From NCBI RefSeq assembly GCF_009914755.1, contig NC_060929.1: a DNA stretch of 64,000 nt; one strand, 5' to 3'. Origin of the DNA: the human T2T-CHM13v2.0 reference genome, Homo sapiens. Positions 24,930 through 38,359 of this stretch are shown here, one piece after another (within the stretch, counting starts at the first letter, position 1; the number at the start of each line of letters is the position of its first letter). The position numbers were made by a program, and so were the translations under genes. A model generated the notes under the pieces. It saw nothing but the letters and a program-made list of their open reading frames with translations. It searched no databases and was not told the origin of the DNA.

Positions 24930-27432
24930 TATTAGTAATTAAATTAAATTAAATGTACATGGATTAAACTGTCCAGTCAAAAAGCAGAGATTGACAGCAT
25001 GAAGTTTTTAAATATGATTGAACTATATGATGTCCACAAGCAACTCACTTTCAATCCAAGACACAAACAGGTTGAAACCAAAAGGATGGAAAAAAATGTT
25101 GGATGCAAATGGTAGCCATAAGAGAGTTTGAGTGACTATATTAAAATCAGACAAGATATATTTTAACGTAAAACCTGTTACAGGAAACAAAGAAGGACAT
25201 TATAATTGGCCCTCAAACAACACTGGAGATGGAGGAATTAATCCTTATACAGTTGTAAATTTAAATATAACTTTTGACTCCCCAGTAATTAAACTACTAC
25301 AGCCTACTGTTGGTAACACTTACTTTATATGTTAACTTATTCTATGTTGCTTTCTTACAATACAGTATGCTAGAGAAAAGAATGTTATAAGAAACTCATA
25401 AGAAGGAGAAAATATATTTGCTCTTCATTAAGTTGAAGTGGATCATCATAAATGTCTTCATCCTCACTGTCTTCACATTGGGTAGGCTGAAGAGAAGAAA
25501 GAGGAGGGGTTGATCTTGCTGTCTCAGTTGTGACAGAGGCAAAAAAAAATGTGTAAGTGTATCTGTGCAGTTCAAACCTCTGTTGCGTAAGGGTAAAATA
25601 CATATACTGATAAAAAAGTCAATTCATCAAAAAGATACAAAAGCTGCAAACATATGTACCAAACAAGACCTCAAAATAAATGAAACAAAAATTAATAGAA
25701 TCGAAGACTGAAACAGACAGTCTACACTAATATTTGGAGACTTGAATACATCACTCTTAATAATGGAAAACTGTAGACAGGAAATCAATAAGAAAATAGA
25801 GTACTTGAACAACATGATAAACCAACAAGACATAGCAGACACATATACAGTACTCCAACTAGCAATAGTAGGGCATGATTTTTCCTCAAGTGTACATGTA
25901 ACACTCTCCAGAAATGACAATACATTAGACCACAAAATGAATCTTAATAAATTTAAAAACACTAAACTCATGGAAAGTATTTTCTTTGATCACAAAATAG
26001 CAGTGAAATCAAAAGATATTTTTTTGAAAAGGTACAAAATACTGACAAACATCTAACTAGACCAACAAAACCAGATAGAAGATGATAATAACTAAAATCA
26101 GAAATGAAAGTGGTGACATTACTACTGATCTTAGAGAAACAAAAGGAGTTATAATAGAATACTATGAACAACTATATGCCAAAAAGTTAGGTAACCAAGA
26201 TAAAATACACAGATTCCTAGGAATACACAAATTACCTAAACTAACTCAAGAAAAAGCAGGAAATCTTAACAGATCTAGAACGAGCAAAGTGATTGAATCA
26301 GTAATCAAAAAACTCTCAACAAAGAAAAGCCCAGGACCAGATAACTTCTCTGGTACGTTATATCTAGCATTTAAAGAAGAATTAATAGCAATTCTTCTCA
26401 AACTCTTCCAGTAAATGGAAGAGGAGAAAACACTTCCTAACTCATTCTGTGAGGCCAGCATTACCCTGATACTAAAACCACATAAAGACAACAGAAGAAA
26501 AAAATTTACCAAAAAAAAATCCTTATTAATATAGACACAAAAATTCTCAATAAAATACTAGCAATTCAATTTCAAAAGCATGCTAAAAGAATTATAAACC
26601 AGGACTAAGTGAGATTTATTCAAGAATGGAAGACTAGATCAACATATGACAATCAATTAATTTAATACAGCACATTAATAGGACAAGAAAACATATGATC
26701 ATTTTAATTGATGCAAAAAAGTCATGTAAGAAATTCAACACCATGTTGTGATAAACAAAAAACACTCCATAAACTAGGAATAGAAGACACCATCTCAACA
26801 TTATACAGGGCATTTATGAAAAATCCACAGATAACATGACACTTAATGCTGAAAGAATAAGGGCTTTCCCTTTTAGGTCAAGAACAAGACAAGGATGCCT
26901 ATTTTCTCCACTGCTATTCAGTATTGCTCTAGAGATTCTAGTCAGAATGATTTAGTCAAGAAAAATACATAGTCACACACTGAAAAGGAAGAAGTTAAGC
27001 TATTTCTGTTCACATATGATATTATCCTATAGAAAGGAGGAATGAAAAAAAATCAAGAAATACCCTAAAACTAATAAATAAATTTAGCAAAGTTACAGGT
27101 TTCAAGACCAAGACACAAAAATCAGTTGTGTGTCTATATGTTACCAAAAAGCAGTCCAAAAGGAAAATTAAGAAAGAAATCTCATTTAGAATAATATCTA
27201 AAAGATTAAAATACACAGAAATAAATTTATCCAAAGAGATGAAAGACATGTACACAGAAAACTTCACAAACATTAGTAAAAAAAATTAAAGAAGACATAA
27301 CAAAAGGGAAGACATCCATGTTCTATGATTGGAAAATATGTTCTATGATTGGATGTTATTAGGATATTGATACAACCCAAAAAGTCTCCTGACTTTAATG
27401 TAAATTCTATTAAAATTCTAGTCACATTAATA
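24930..27432 (+). mobile_element. Degenerate L1M ORF2 (endonuclease to RT), interrupted by Tigger2a
   Basis: ORF pieces 25742-26056 (…DHKMNLNKFK…IFFDHK, EN) and 26082-26414 (YYEQLYAKKL…KKSPGPD) are L1 ORF2p-like; many stops and frameshifts. Confidence 0.95.
25203..25600 (-). mobile_element. Tigger2a (TcMar-Tigger) non-autonomous DNA transposon
   Basis: Degenerate TIRs taattggccctcaaacaac / gttgcgtaagggtaaaata at a TA site; minus ORF 25385-25603 carries the transposase tail QPTQCEDSEDEDIYDDPLQLNE. Confidence 0.9.
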
Positions 27433-27667
27433 GAATGAATAGTGGGTGAGTTCTCACCAGATCTGATAGTTTCATAAGGGGGTTCCCCCTTTGCTTAGCA
27501 CTCATTATCTCTCTTGCTGCCCTGTGAAGAGGTGCCTTCTGCCATGATTCTAAGTTTCCTGAGGCCTCTCCAACTCTGCGGAACTGTGAGTAAATTACAT
27601 CTCTTTTCTTTATGAATTACACAGTTTCAAGCAGTTCTTTACAGCAGCGTGAGAATGGACTAACACA
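27433..27667 (+). mobile_element. 5'-truncated THE1C/D LTR inserted in L1
   Basis: gagttctcaccagatctgatagttt ... gccatgattctaagtttcctgaggcc ... gtgagaatggactaacaca. Confidence 0.88.
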
Positions 27668-29403
27668 CAATTCTAATATTTGTATGGATCCATGAAAGAC
27701 ATCATATAGCTAAAGCAACCTTGGGCATAAAGTACAAAGCTGGAAACATCATACTTCCTGATTACAAAATTATATTATTGATACAAAACTATAGTTATTG
27801 AAACAGTGTTGAAAATGGCATAAAAACACATAAACAAATGGAACAAGATAGAAAGCCCAGAAATATACCCACACATATAAAGTCAACTAATCTTTGTTAA
27901 AGGTGCCAGGAATGCACAATGACGGAAGGACATTGTCTTTAATAAATGACCTTGGGAAAGCTGGCTATTCACATGAAAAACACTAAGATTGGACTCTTAT
28001 TGTATTCCTTATCCTACACACAAAAATCAACTCAAAATGGACTGAAGTTTTAAACATAAATTCTGATACTGTAAAACTTCTGGAAGAAAATACGGGGGAA
28101 AGGTCCTTGACACTGCTCTTGGCAATAATTTTTTTAGTGTAACACCAAAAGCACAGACAATAAAAGCAGAAATAAACAGAATTACATCAAACTGAAGTTT
28201 TGGCACAGCAAGAGAAACAATAAACAATTTGAAAAGGCAACCCACAGAATGAGAGAAAATATTTGCAAACCACGTCTATAAAAAGGGATTAATATACAAA
28301 ATATATTAAAAATAACAATAGCAAAAAACAACCTTATTAAAAACTGAGCAAAACCCTAAATAGACATTTTTTCCAGTGAAAACATACAAATGGCCAACAG
28401 GTATATGGAAAGGTGCTCAAAAATCACTAATCATCAGAGAAATGCAAATTGAAACCATAATGAGATATCACCTCATTCCTGTTATAATGGCTATTTTCAA
28501 AAGTCAAAAAACAATTGTTGGCAAGGAGCTAGAGAAAAGAGAACTCTGTACACTATTGATGGGATTATAATTTAGTAAAGTCATTATAGAAAACAGTATG
28601 GCGGTTTCTCAAAATATTAAAAATAGAACTATCTTATGATCCAGTAATTTTACATCTCAGTATGTATTCAGAGAAAACGAAACCAGTTTCTTGAAGAGAT
28701 ATCTGCACACTCATGTTCATTGCAGCATTATTCACAATAACCAAAATATAGAAACAATCTGTTTGTTGACAGATGAATGAGAAAAGATAATGTGGTGTGT
28801 TTCTGTGTGTGTGTGTAATTATATAAATTACACTATTGTTCCATTGTGTGTGTATACACATGCGTGTGCACACACACACGCAGGAACATTGTTTAGCCTT
28901 TAAAAAAAGAAATTCTGTCACTTGTAACAATATGGCTGAACCTGGAAGACATTATGCTAAGTGAAATAAGTTAGGTGCAGAAAGACAAATACTGCCTGAT
29001 CTAAATATCGGATCTTAAATAGTAAATCTTAAATAGTAAAACTCATAGAAACAGAGTAGAAGGTTGGTTACCAGGGATAAAGGGGTTGGGGCAATGAAGA
29101 GATGTTAGTCAAAGGGTACCAGCTTTTAGTTATTAAATGAATAAGTTCCAGAGATCTAACATACAGCATGGTAACTACAGTTAATCATAATGTACAGTAT
29201 ACTTGAAATTTGTTAAGAAATACATCTAAGTACTTCTTAAGTATTTACATCATACCAAAAATGTAACTATGTGAGGTGATAAATGTGTTAATTAGCTTGG
29301 TTGTATTTATCATTTCACAGTGTATACGTGTATCAAAATATCACATTGTATTCCTCGAATATGTATGATTTTTGTCAATTACACTTTCATAAAGCTGAAA
29401 AAA
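27668..29403 (+). mobile_element. L1MA (L1MA9-like) ORF2 C-terminus and 3'UTR
   Basis: 3'UTR gatgttagtcaaagggtacc ... aactatgtgaggtgat ... aaagctgaaaaaa. Confidence 0.88.
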
Positions 29404-29404
29404 T

Positions 29405-30345
29405 GATAACAGCCTTCTTTGCAGAAATAGAAAATCCTATCCTCAAATTTATATAAAGTATCAAGGTACACCAAATAGACAAAAGAGTTTTATGAAAGAA
29501 CAAAGTTGAGGGACTTGTACTTCCCAGTTTCAAAATTTACTATAAAACTACAGAAATCAAAACATCGAGGTACTGGCATAAGGCAAAACATGCAAACCAA
29601 TAGACTAGAATTGAGAGTTCATAAATAAACCATTAATCTACAGCCAATTTATTTTTGACAAAGATACTAAGCCTATTCGATAAGTAAAGAATAGTCTCTG
29701 ACAGTTGGTGCAAGCACAACTGGATTTCCACATGCAAAAGAAAAAAGTTGGACTCCTACCTCATAGTATATACAAAATTAACTCAATATGGATCAGTTAC
29801 CTAAACATAAGAGCTGAAAAACATAAAGCTGTTAGAGAAAATCACATAGGCAAATGTTCATGATCCTGGATTTGGCAACAAATTCTTAGGTATGACACCA
29901 AAAGGATGAGCAACAAAGATGCATGAGCAAAAGCATGAGCAACAAAGAAATGTGACGTATACACACAGTGGAATATTATTTAGCCATAAAAAATGAAGTT
30001 CATAATGCATGCTGCAATATAGATGAACATTGAAAACATTATGCTAAATGAAATAGGCCAGAAACAAAAGGATAATTATAATATGATTCTTCTTACATAA
30101 ATTATATAAAATAGGCAAATTCATAGACACACAGAAAGTAGATGAGAAGTTAGCATGGGTTGGGAGTAAAGAAGAAAGAGAAGGTGTTGAGTAATGGGTA
30201 CGGAGTTTCTGTTTGGGGTGATGAAAGATTTGGAGACAGACAGTGGCAACAGTTGCACAAATTGAATCAATTTAGTGTTACTGAATTGCATACTTAATAT
30301 AATTAAAATACAAATTTTTGTTGTATATATTTTACCACAATAAAA
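29405..30345 (+). mobile_element. L1MB (MB3/4-like) ORF2 segment and 3'UTR with internal deletion
   Basis: ctttgcagaaatagaaaatcc ... gggtacggagtttctgtttggggtgatgaaag ... ttttaccacaataaaa. Confidence 0.88.
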
Positions 30346-31184
30346 TATGTAAGGTAATATCATTTAAAATATGCTTATATACCTATAAAACAAATCTTAA
30401 TGACTAGAGAAGAAACTTCTAGGAAGTGAGCCAGAAGTAATTAGGGTGTCAAGTGGATGTATATTTTTGCTTTCTGATTTTTTAACTATTTGAATTTTTA
30501 TAAAGAAAATGCTACTTTTTTAATTTAAGAACAAACTAGACTATTTCATAATTTTGTGAATCATGACATGGATTATTTAATGGTCTCATACCATAAATTT
30601 AATGATAAAAATATGGAGTTAAAAGTATAAATAAAATTTGTAAAGATTGATTGCAGCTTAACTTGACATTTTTGTGATGACATCATAGATAATGGGTGTC
30701 CTCTATTTTCTACAAAAGTATATTTCCTAGTTTTATTGTACTTTTCTATTTACTAATACATGTTCTTTATTGTATTCAGCATGTATTCATTCATCTCATG
30801 CTGACTGAGTACTAACTTAAGGCCAACTTTTGTACTGGCAACTTTCTCATCTGGTCACTCATTAAGTAGAAAGAGTTGGATATATACTTAAAGCTAGATT
30901 TTTTACCCAACATCAGTAGACTCTTCCATTCCTTTGCCATTTATTGGCTATATTTTTATTTTGTCTCAGTCTCTACTAAGGTAGACAGATTCAAATGCTA
31001 CTAATTTTACTGAAGTATTAGAATTGAACCATTTGGTCAGAAACATTCACTATGAATGTTAGATAAAACTTACATCTTCAAAATTATATTCGGAATGACA
31101 AGATAACTTGATATTAACTTGAAATGATTTGCAACATTCTCTATGAAACTCAAGGCATACTGTTCAGGAGATAGTAAATCTCTC

Positions 31185-31539
31185 TGTCTTAGTCCATTTT
31201 CTGCTGCTATAACAAATACCACAGCAGTGATAATTTATAAAGAAAAGAGATTTATTTGGCTTACATATCTGGAGGCTGGGAAGTTCAAGAGAATGAATCC
31301 AGCACCTGCCAAGGGCCTCACCCCATGATGGAAGGGCAAGCCAGGGCATGAGACAGAGAGAGAAATGGGGTCAAATATATCCTTTTATCAAGAGCCCACT
31401 CTGGTGATAATAGCATTCATCCATTCATGAAGGCTGAGCTCTCATGAACTAATCACCTCTTAAGACCCCACTCCCAATACTGGTAAAATGGCAATTCAAT
31501 CTCAATGTAAGTTTTGGTGGGAATATTGAAACTATAGCA
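31185..31539 (-). mobile_element. MSTD/MLT1A-like solo LTR
   Basis: tgtcttagtccattttctgctgctataac ... ctggaggctgggaagttcaag ... aaactatagca. Confidence 0.88.
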
Positions 31540-32747
31540 CTGCCCTTTAAAATAGGTCTTGTACTGGTTTTTAATACAGAGATTAAGTAAGTCACCATCA
31601 ATACTTACACATACAGAATAGAGTTTGGGGAAAAATGATTTCTACTTTAGTTTTCCATTCACAGAATAAACTCTATCACTAGAGTTAGGATGCTTTTAAA
31701 ATAAAAAAAAAAAAAGGAGTATTAATTCTAGAAAGAACACTACAAAGAATGTTTTTTCAAATGAAGAAGTGAAAACTTCAAGAGGGCAAGGACTGGCTCC
31801 TTGTGGTGGGACTTGAACAGCTGCCTCCTGAAGGCTAAATTAGGACTCTAAGGCTCAATGTAGGAATGTAGGAACCATGCTAATATTCCAGCCTTTTCTT
31901 ATTTCTATTCCATCCCTGTGAACATGTTGCCCACAAAGTAGGAAAGACACAGTAAATCTGAGGCAGGAATATCACAAAAGAAATCTACAATTTGGTATTT
32001 TTTTTTTTACAGGGAAAAATCTTCATACACAGATCTCTTCTGAACCATGGAATGTGCATTCAAAGGAACATTAACATTTTTTGCCTTTTAGACCATCCTT
32101 CCATACCATGCTATGTAATTTCTAACAAAGGCCATGTTTGCATCAAGTATCTCCTCTGTTTTCTTATGGGCAACTTGATTACTGGATTCAGGTTGCTCTA
32201 GTTTTCCTTACTAGTAAGGACAAAATTACATATAGTGTGCAAGAGAACACTTATTAGAATGTTAATATAAATAATTTCAATTCAAACAATGCTAAGTTAT
32301 TTCTTTAGCTCTTTTTCAAATAGTTACAGAAAAGACCAGAGAAGCAGGTCTTGACACATTGCGCTGACTTCATACAATCACACGGCATGCATCTGGGTGC
32401 TGGTTTTAAAATGAACAGCCTCCTTGTGACAGCTAAATGCCAAGGTTGTGGTTTTGAAAACATAAAGCCATTATTATTTTATTCTTTATCCCTTTCCACA
32501 CCATTATATCTTCTGCTTCTCCTGCCCAATTTACAAGAATCTCGACTTCGAAAGACACAGTACAACAACAACAATGGCCTTAACTAGCATCCATTTACAT
32601 TATTTATATTTTATAAGGCAAAAATTAACTGGCATGGTAGTCAAGGTTATTGTGTATGAATATAAAAAAAGAATAAACCGGCACAACCTGATTTTTTAAA
32701 ATCTGTGGCTATTTCTAATAATATTCTGTGTAGTTTTTTTTTTTCAG

Positions 32748-32846
32748 GTGAAGACTAAAGCACCAACTGAGGAGAAAAGATTTTCAGTGTCAGTGAAGTT
32801 AAAACATGTCAGCGGCAGTTGCTTCTGTGAATATTGTCTCACATGA
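32748..32846 (+). other. Candidate exon start behind a strong 3' splice site (unverified; 3' boundary unknown)
   Basis: ctaat branch-point-like motif 32715-32719, T11-CAG|G at 32734-32748, 32 open codons in phase 0 to TGA, non-repeat context. Confidence 0.25.
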
Positions 32847-34364
32847 AAGGAAGGATGGATTGAATTCATATCTGAAACAAGACAAGATTTTCCATCTGAC
32901 CTCATTATGTGTTTCTCTGGAGTGCATCCCTGGGTTTCTGCCTGAACTGAAATGTGTTGTGGGGAAACCAAATATAAAACAGCTCAGTACTGCCATAACT
33001 GACGTGTCTTAATAAGATGGGGTATTTATTGTTTTGCCACAGTCCTCTCTTAACTCTAAAAGTCATTATGATGTGCTAGATCCCTTTGTTAAAGCAATTC
33101 CCATAAGTGAAGGCATGTACTAATGAAAAGGTTTATGCTACATGGCTGGAAACAAGGATGAAGTAGCATTACTGTGTATAACAGAGATTCATATTGAGAA
33201 ATATTTATGGAAAGATTTTTAGAGACTTGACTGTTGTATTCTTATAAATAATTAAATGTACAAATCATCATTGTTACAATACAGCCAGTTTCCTTTTCTG
33301 TGAGCACTGGTGATCGATTCAAAAATATATTGATTTAAGGAAATTTATAGCATTTTTCATTGCTCCTAGTAATACTAGAAAATTTTTCACAGGTCAGAAA
33401 TAATAGAAAACTTTCCCCTAGATTAACCTTGTGCCACACAGACAGATTTTCTTTATTCTAATGTATCATAAGGAAAGGCATAATGTCTTTCAGTTTTATT
33501 TGTACAATGGCTTATATGTCTTTATGAGCATATATATTTGCATCTATCATACTAATTGATAAAGAAATATGTCATTGTCTGCATTACTATATGTGTATAA
33601 ATGTTTTTATATATGTACATACACACACTATGATTCTATTTTTCAAAATATAGTGAAGGTAAGGAAAATATTAGTTAGAACTCCAACACCTACCACCACT
33701 AAAATATGTTTTAATAACCTTTGAGCTATTCTGTAAACTAAATTACCATTATACCTAAGAATAAATCAATGGCAATATACTATTCAAAAAGTTAATCGCA
33801 TAGATCTCTGTATGTATACATGTAAATTTATATATAATGTAGATATAGTGAGATGCATTATTTTGTTGAAATTAGTGTCACTCTTCTGTGTTTATTTATA
33901 CTAAATAATTTGAAAAACATTTTAGATTTTTAGTTGCTATAGTAACACACCATTAGACCATTTTTCCAATGTTGTATATTTTATAAAACAGTAAGTACGA
34001 AACTATAGATGTGATAAATAAGCTAACATAGACAAGTTTTCAGGTTTCAACACAATCCTTTGGTTGATATGTTCAGCATGGACTCTAAACATTTCTGGCA
34101 CACAATGAACCTTTTAAATTTGCCACCTGAGGAGAACTATTCTTTTGGAAATTGAAATGCTGTGTAATCTGTGACACTTTTACTTTATAAAAAATAACTT
34201 TTTTATTCAAATAGCAAAGAATTATGAAATATGTACTGCATTCTTAGCATTTTGCCTAAAGCTAGGGATGCAGAGATTACGGGGAGGTCCCTACATTCAA
34301 GAGGCCACCTATCAACTACAGAGCTCACTTCCTAATATTAAACTGTTGTGAGCAACCAAATTAA

Positions 34365-34872
34365 AAATGTACATACATGATAGTTCACCTTCTAAGAAGT
34401 GGAGCTTAATGTTACCTCCTTTGAAGTATGAGTAATTCCCAAATAATAGGGTAGGGAAAGGAGTTTTTTATTAGTAGGGAAACCTGATAAACCTACATTT
34501 ACCAAGTGATGAAGGTTAATCTTATCAGTCATGTTAATGTAAATATCATTTTCTGCCGCTATAATGTGATGAGAAGAAATTTTCACCTCTCTGGTATTCT
34601 TTCCAAAAATTTATATCCTGACTAATCTGAGAAAAAAAAAATTAGACCAACCCAGATTGGGTGACGATTCTACAGGATACCTAGCCAGTAATCCTCAAGA
34701 CTGTCAAGGTTATAAAAAACAAAGAAAGCCTAAGAATCTTTCACAGGCCATTGGAGCTTGGGAAGCCAAGATAACCCAGTGCAAGGTAGTACCCCAAATT
34801 AGACATGGAACATAAAGAGAACATTAAGGACTAACTGGTGAAATGCAAACAAAGTCTGGAGTTCAGTTGAAA
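34365..34872 (+). mobile_element. L1MC (MC3-like) 3'UTR fragment
   Basis: aagaagtggagcttaat ... aatgtgatgagaag ... tcctcaagactgtcaaggttataaaaaacaaagaaagcct. Confidence 0.85.
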
Positions 34873-35277
34873 AATAAAACAATTTATATATAACTTTAAA
34901 GTCTAACAATTAGGTCTGTTACATTAGAAAAGATAAACTGTAGTTTTATCAAACAGCAGATCAACTAAAAACTATCCAGTTGTCAAGAATGAAGGAAATT
35001 TAGCACTCCAATAGCCAGGCTAATGTCACATAAGTATTGTGTCACAGATCACAACATGTGAACCTACAATTAAGGATCTTGAAACATCTTTGGCCAGTGG
35101 TTTGCAAACTCTTTTTCGCAGAGCACTAGGAGCTTCTCAGACAGCAGTATGGATGAGTGAGAAGACATGACATTAGCCATGCACCTATCCCCAATTTAAC
35201 ATAATATTTTATTTCACAAGAAGAATCCATGGCTTAGAAAAAATACAAGAAAATCAGTATGAAAAAATCAGTAACCT

Positions 35278-35452
35278 AGAGAGGTGCTTATTAAACGTCA
35301 ACGGGTATACACATCACAGAAGATCTTTAAAGGCCAATATTGATTCAGTAGTTCTGGGGTGGAGCCTGAAATTCTGCATTTATGATGAGTAATGTCTACC
35401 CTAGGAGATGAAGATGTTGCTCGTCAGAGAAAAACACTGTAAGTAGGAAGGA
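35278..35452. mobile_element. MER5B-like hAT-Charlie element
   Basis: tgattcagtagttctggggtggagcctgaaattctgcattt. Confidence 0.75.
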
Positions 35453-36279
35453 TCTAGCTCAAATGTTAAACTCTTCTCATGTCAGTACGTTTCATAGAGG
35501 AAAGTTTGCTGTTATGTTTAATGGGTTTTATGACTTCAATAGCAACACATCAAAATCCTTCTCAGTTAGTGAGTTGGAAAAAATTATGAAAACTGAGTTT
35601 TTTAAACTACACTTCTATCCATACCTCATCCTTCAGTCCCCTTAATCTAACTCGTATTTATTATAACAACCTCCAGAACCAGACCTTACTCAGCCACGTC
35701 CTCTATCTAGACTATCCTCTCATCATGTCATTCTATAACCAGCCATTTCATCAATGAATTTGGACCCAACTGAGATGTTCTTCTACCAATTATACTTTAT
35801 CATACTCCATGTCAAGCCGAGCATCAGGTAGTATGCACTATCAATTACATCTTTCCAGGAAAAGGGAAGAAAATTGATGTTTTGGTTTTGTAAAAACCTA
35901 TGCTTTTGTATTTCATCTGGGCTCTTACCTGCCTACTCACATTTTAAAAATGTACTTCATATTGACCCTTAGTACATTTTCCACAGGATTGTTCCAAGCT
36001 TTCTGCTCTCTCAGAGGTCATATTTTATTCCAAAACATTTATCACTTGATCTTATTTTCTGCTTCTCAAGATTGAGATTCTGGAACTCAAAATATCTTTC
36101 CCCCATCCTGATATTGCCTCAAACTACTGCACATCACAAGTAAGATAGCTGCTTTTAGAAGTATTTGGGAGCTTCTTCAATTTCAGATTGTTCTCATAGG
36201 TTTTCTGAGCTTCTAACTAATTATTTGTATCTCCCTTGCTACCTTTAAAAAAAGTTACTGTAAAAGTAATTTGTAAACT

Positions 36280-36520
36280 TGTGTTTGAAATCAGAGGTCT
36301 AACTCTCTGGTTTTAAGTCTTAGTGCTACTATTTTCTAGCTTTATGATTTTGAGCAAGTTTGCTTCACTTTATGAGCTCTAATATTTTTATCTCAAAAAC
36401 AATGATAATAATGACCATTATGTCACATTTCTGCTTTATGAACTGAATGAGATAATATATGCAAAATGTCTAGACCTGTGCCTGTCAGTAATGTTAGATA
36501 AATTGTCAGTTATTACTATT
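36280..36520 (+). mobile_element. MIR
   Basis: ctagctttatgattttgagcaagtt ... tgaatgagataatatatgcaaaatgtctagacctgtgcctg. Confidence 0.75.
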
Positions 36521-36635
36521 ACATATCTGCAGTCATTCTTTCGGATAGCTTGTCTGATCTCATTTTATCTTTATATAATCTTTACCTGTATTTCCAACCC
36601 AGTTTCTTGATATCACATTATCTTGCTTTATAACT

Positions 36636-36834
36636 CAGTTTCTAGATGACAACTGGAACCGGATAATTCTTTGTTGTGGGGAGCTGTCCTGTGCATTGTG
36701 AAATGTTTGGCAATATTTCTAGCCTTTATCCCCCAGATGCCAGTAGCAACCCCCAGTTGCGACAATGAAAACTGTCTCCAAATATCACCTAATGTCCTCT
36801 GAGGTCCAAAAGCACCCCTGGTTGAGAACCATCC
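36636..36834. mobile_element. MER20 (hAT-Charlie)
   Basis: ccggataattctttgttgtggggagctgtcctgtgcattgt ... cagatgccagtagca ... cctggttgagaacca. Confidence 0.92.
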
Positions 36835-37107
36835 TTCTAATCTTTTTTAAGGATATGCTTATATGGATGCCTCTTTGATGCCTCAACATATGGGCAAAGG
36901 TAAATGTATCATATTCTCAATAAATACGTTTTGTATACTGTTTTATCTACTTTCCTAAGTAGTCATAATGGAAAACACATAGTAATCTTGACTTTCCTTG
37001 CTCTTGCTTTCTACAATTAGTCTAGTAAATTGTGTTGAATATGCAATCCCAATTTTCTCACCATTTATCCCTTGTGCATTCTCACTGACATTACCAGAAT
37101 CAGTTCC

Positions 37108-37530
37108 TCATTCTTTCAACAGAGTTTTGCTGACATTCACTCAATCATAGACACACTCCAGTGACAATAAGACAGAGTCATCATGGGCCTTATATTTTAG
37201 TGGGGGAAATAGGTAATCAACAAGTAAACAGATTAATAAATAGTATATTTTTGAGTAGTGATATATGCATGAAGAAAATAAAGCAGAGTAAGGGGATAGA
37301 AGATGAATAAAAGATGGCATTTTAATTAGTGTATTGGTAAAGATGTCTTAGGCAAGGCAAAATTCCAGCTCCTTTCTGTGAAGAACCTAACCATGCAAAG
37401 ATCTGGGAATGGCAGGGGGCAGGCATAACAGCTTTAAGTTGGTAATATACTTAGCACTTATGAGAAAGAGCAGTGAGGTTATAGTATTGAAGGTTACTCA
37501 ACATGTGGGTGTTTGTCTAGGTTACATTTA
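37108..37530 (-). mobile_element. L2a fragment
   Basis: atgaagaaaataaagcagagtaaggggataga ... ccatgcaaagatctggg. Confidence 0.8.
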
Positions 37531-38248
37531 AAGGGAAAGTGGAACCAGGTATAGATACACAAATAAAAATCCTAGATGTCACCAAAAATGTAATGAGCAT
37601 GAGACGGATCTAAAGTGATAAAATTTTAGCAAGTCACTTGATTTCTCTGATTTTCATATTTTTAATTACCTTGATTTTAGCTGACTCTAAAACTTAATTA
37701 TGCATTGTGTTGGGATTGTGTATAAAATATAAATTTTAACCAAATGTATTCATGTATTCTATAAAAATTCACCATTTATGAAAGTTATGTTCAAGTTCTA
37801 GATTCAAAGGAGGCAATGTTCATGTTAGCTTTATAAAACTGAGGAACATCTGTACATAAATATATATCTCAAGATATTTCAAAAGCATTTGAAAGACATA
37901 TTTTCATATAATTATGACAGCATTAGAATTATCCATTAAAAACATGTGAATTTTAGTCTAATGCTCTTAAAATTCACTTAAAAAACTCTATGAGACCAGA
38001 GAAGTAATTTCAACATAACAATTACACATGGCAGTTACGTTGTATAAGTGATTTAACATGTAACATACTTTTAAAAATTAACATAGTCCAAAAAATTAGC
38101 TCCAAATGTTAGCAGTGCCCCAAACAACAACTAAAATTAAGGGTGTGTCAATGCTTTGCCTTCAAATATTATTTTTTGCCCCCTCCAACCTCTGCTTGCT
38201 CCTACTTTAAGAGTTTATTACTCAAATGCTAACACTGCCTATGGGCAA

Positions 38249-38359
<111 letters not shown>

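Noticed and set aside
25742-26414. L1 ORF2 ORF pieces as functional CDS
   Set aside because: Fragmented by stops, frameshifts, deletions and nested insertions.
32806-33012. 68-aa ORF in the unique block
   Set aside because: No recognisable homology, and a different frame from the one opened by the 32748 acceptor.
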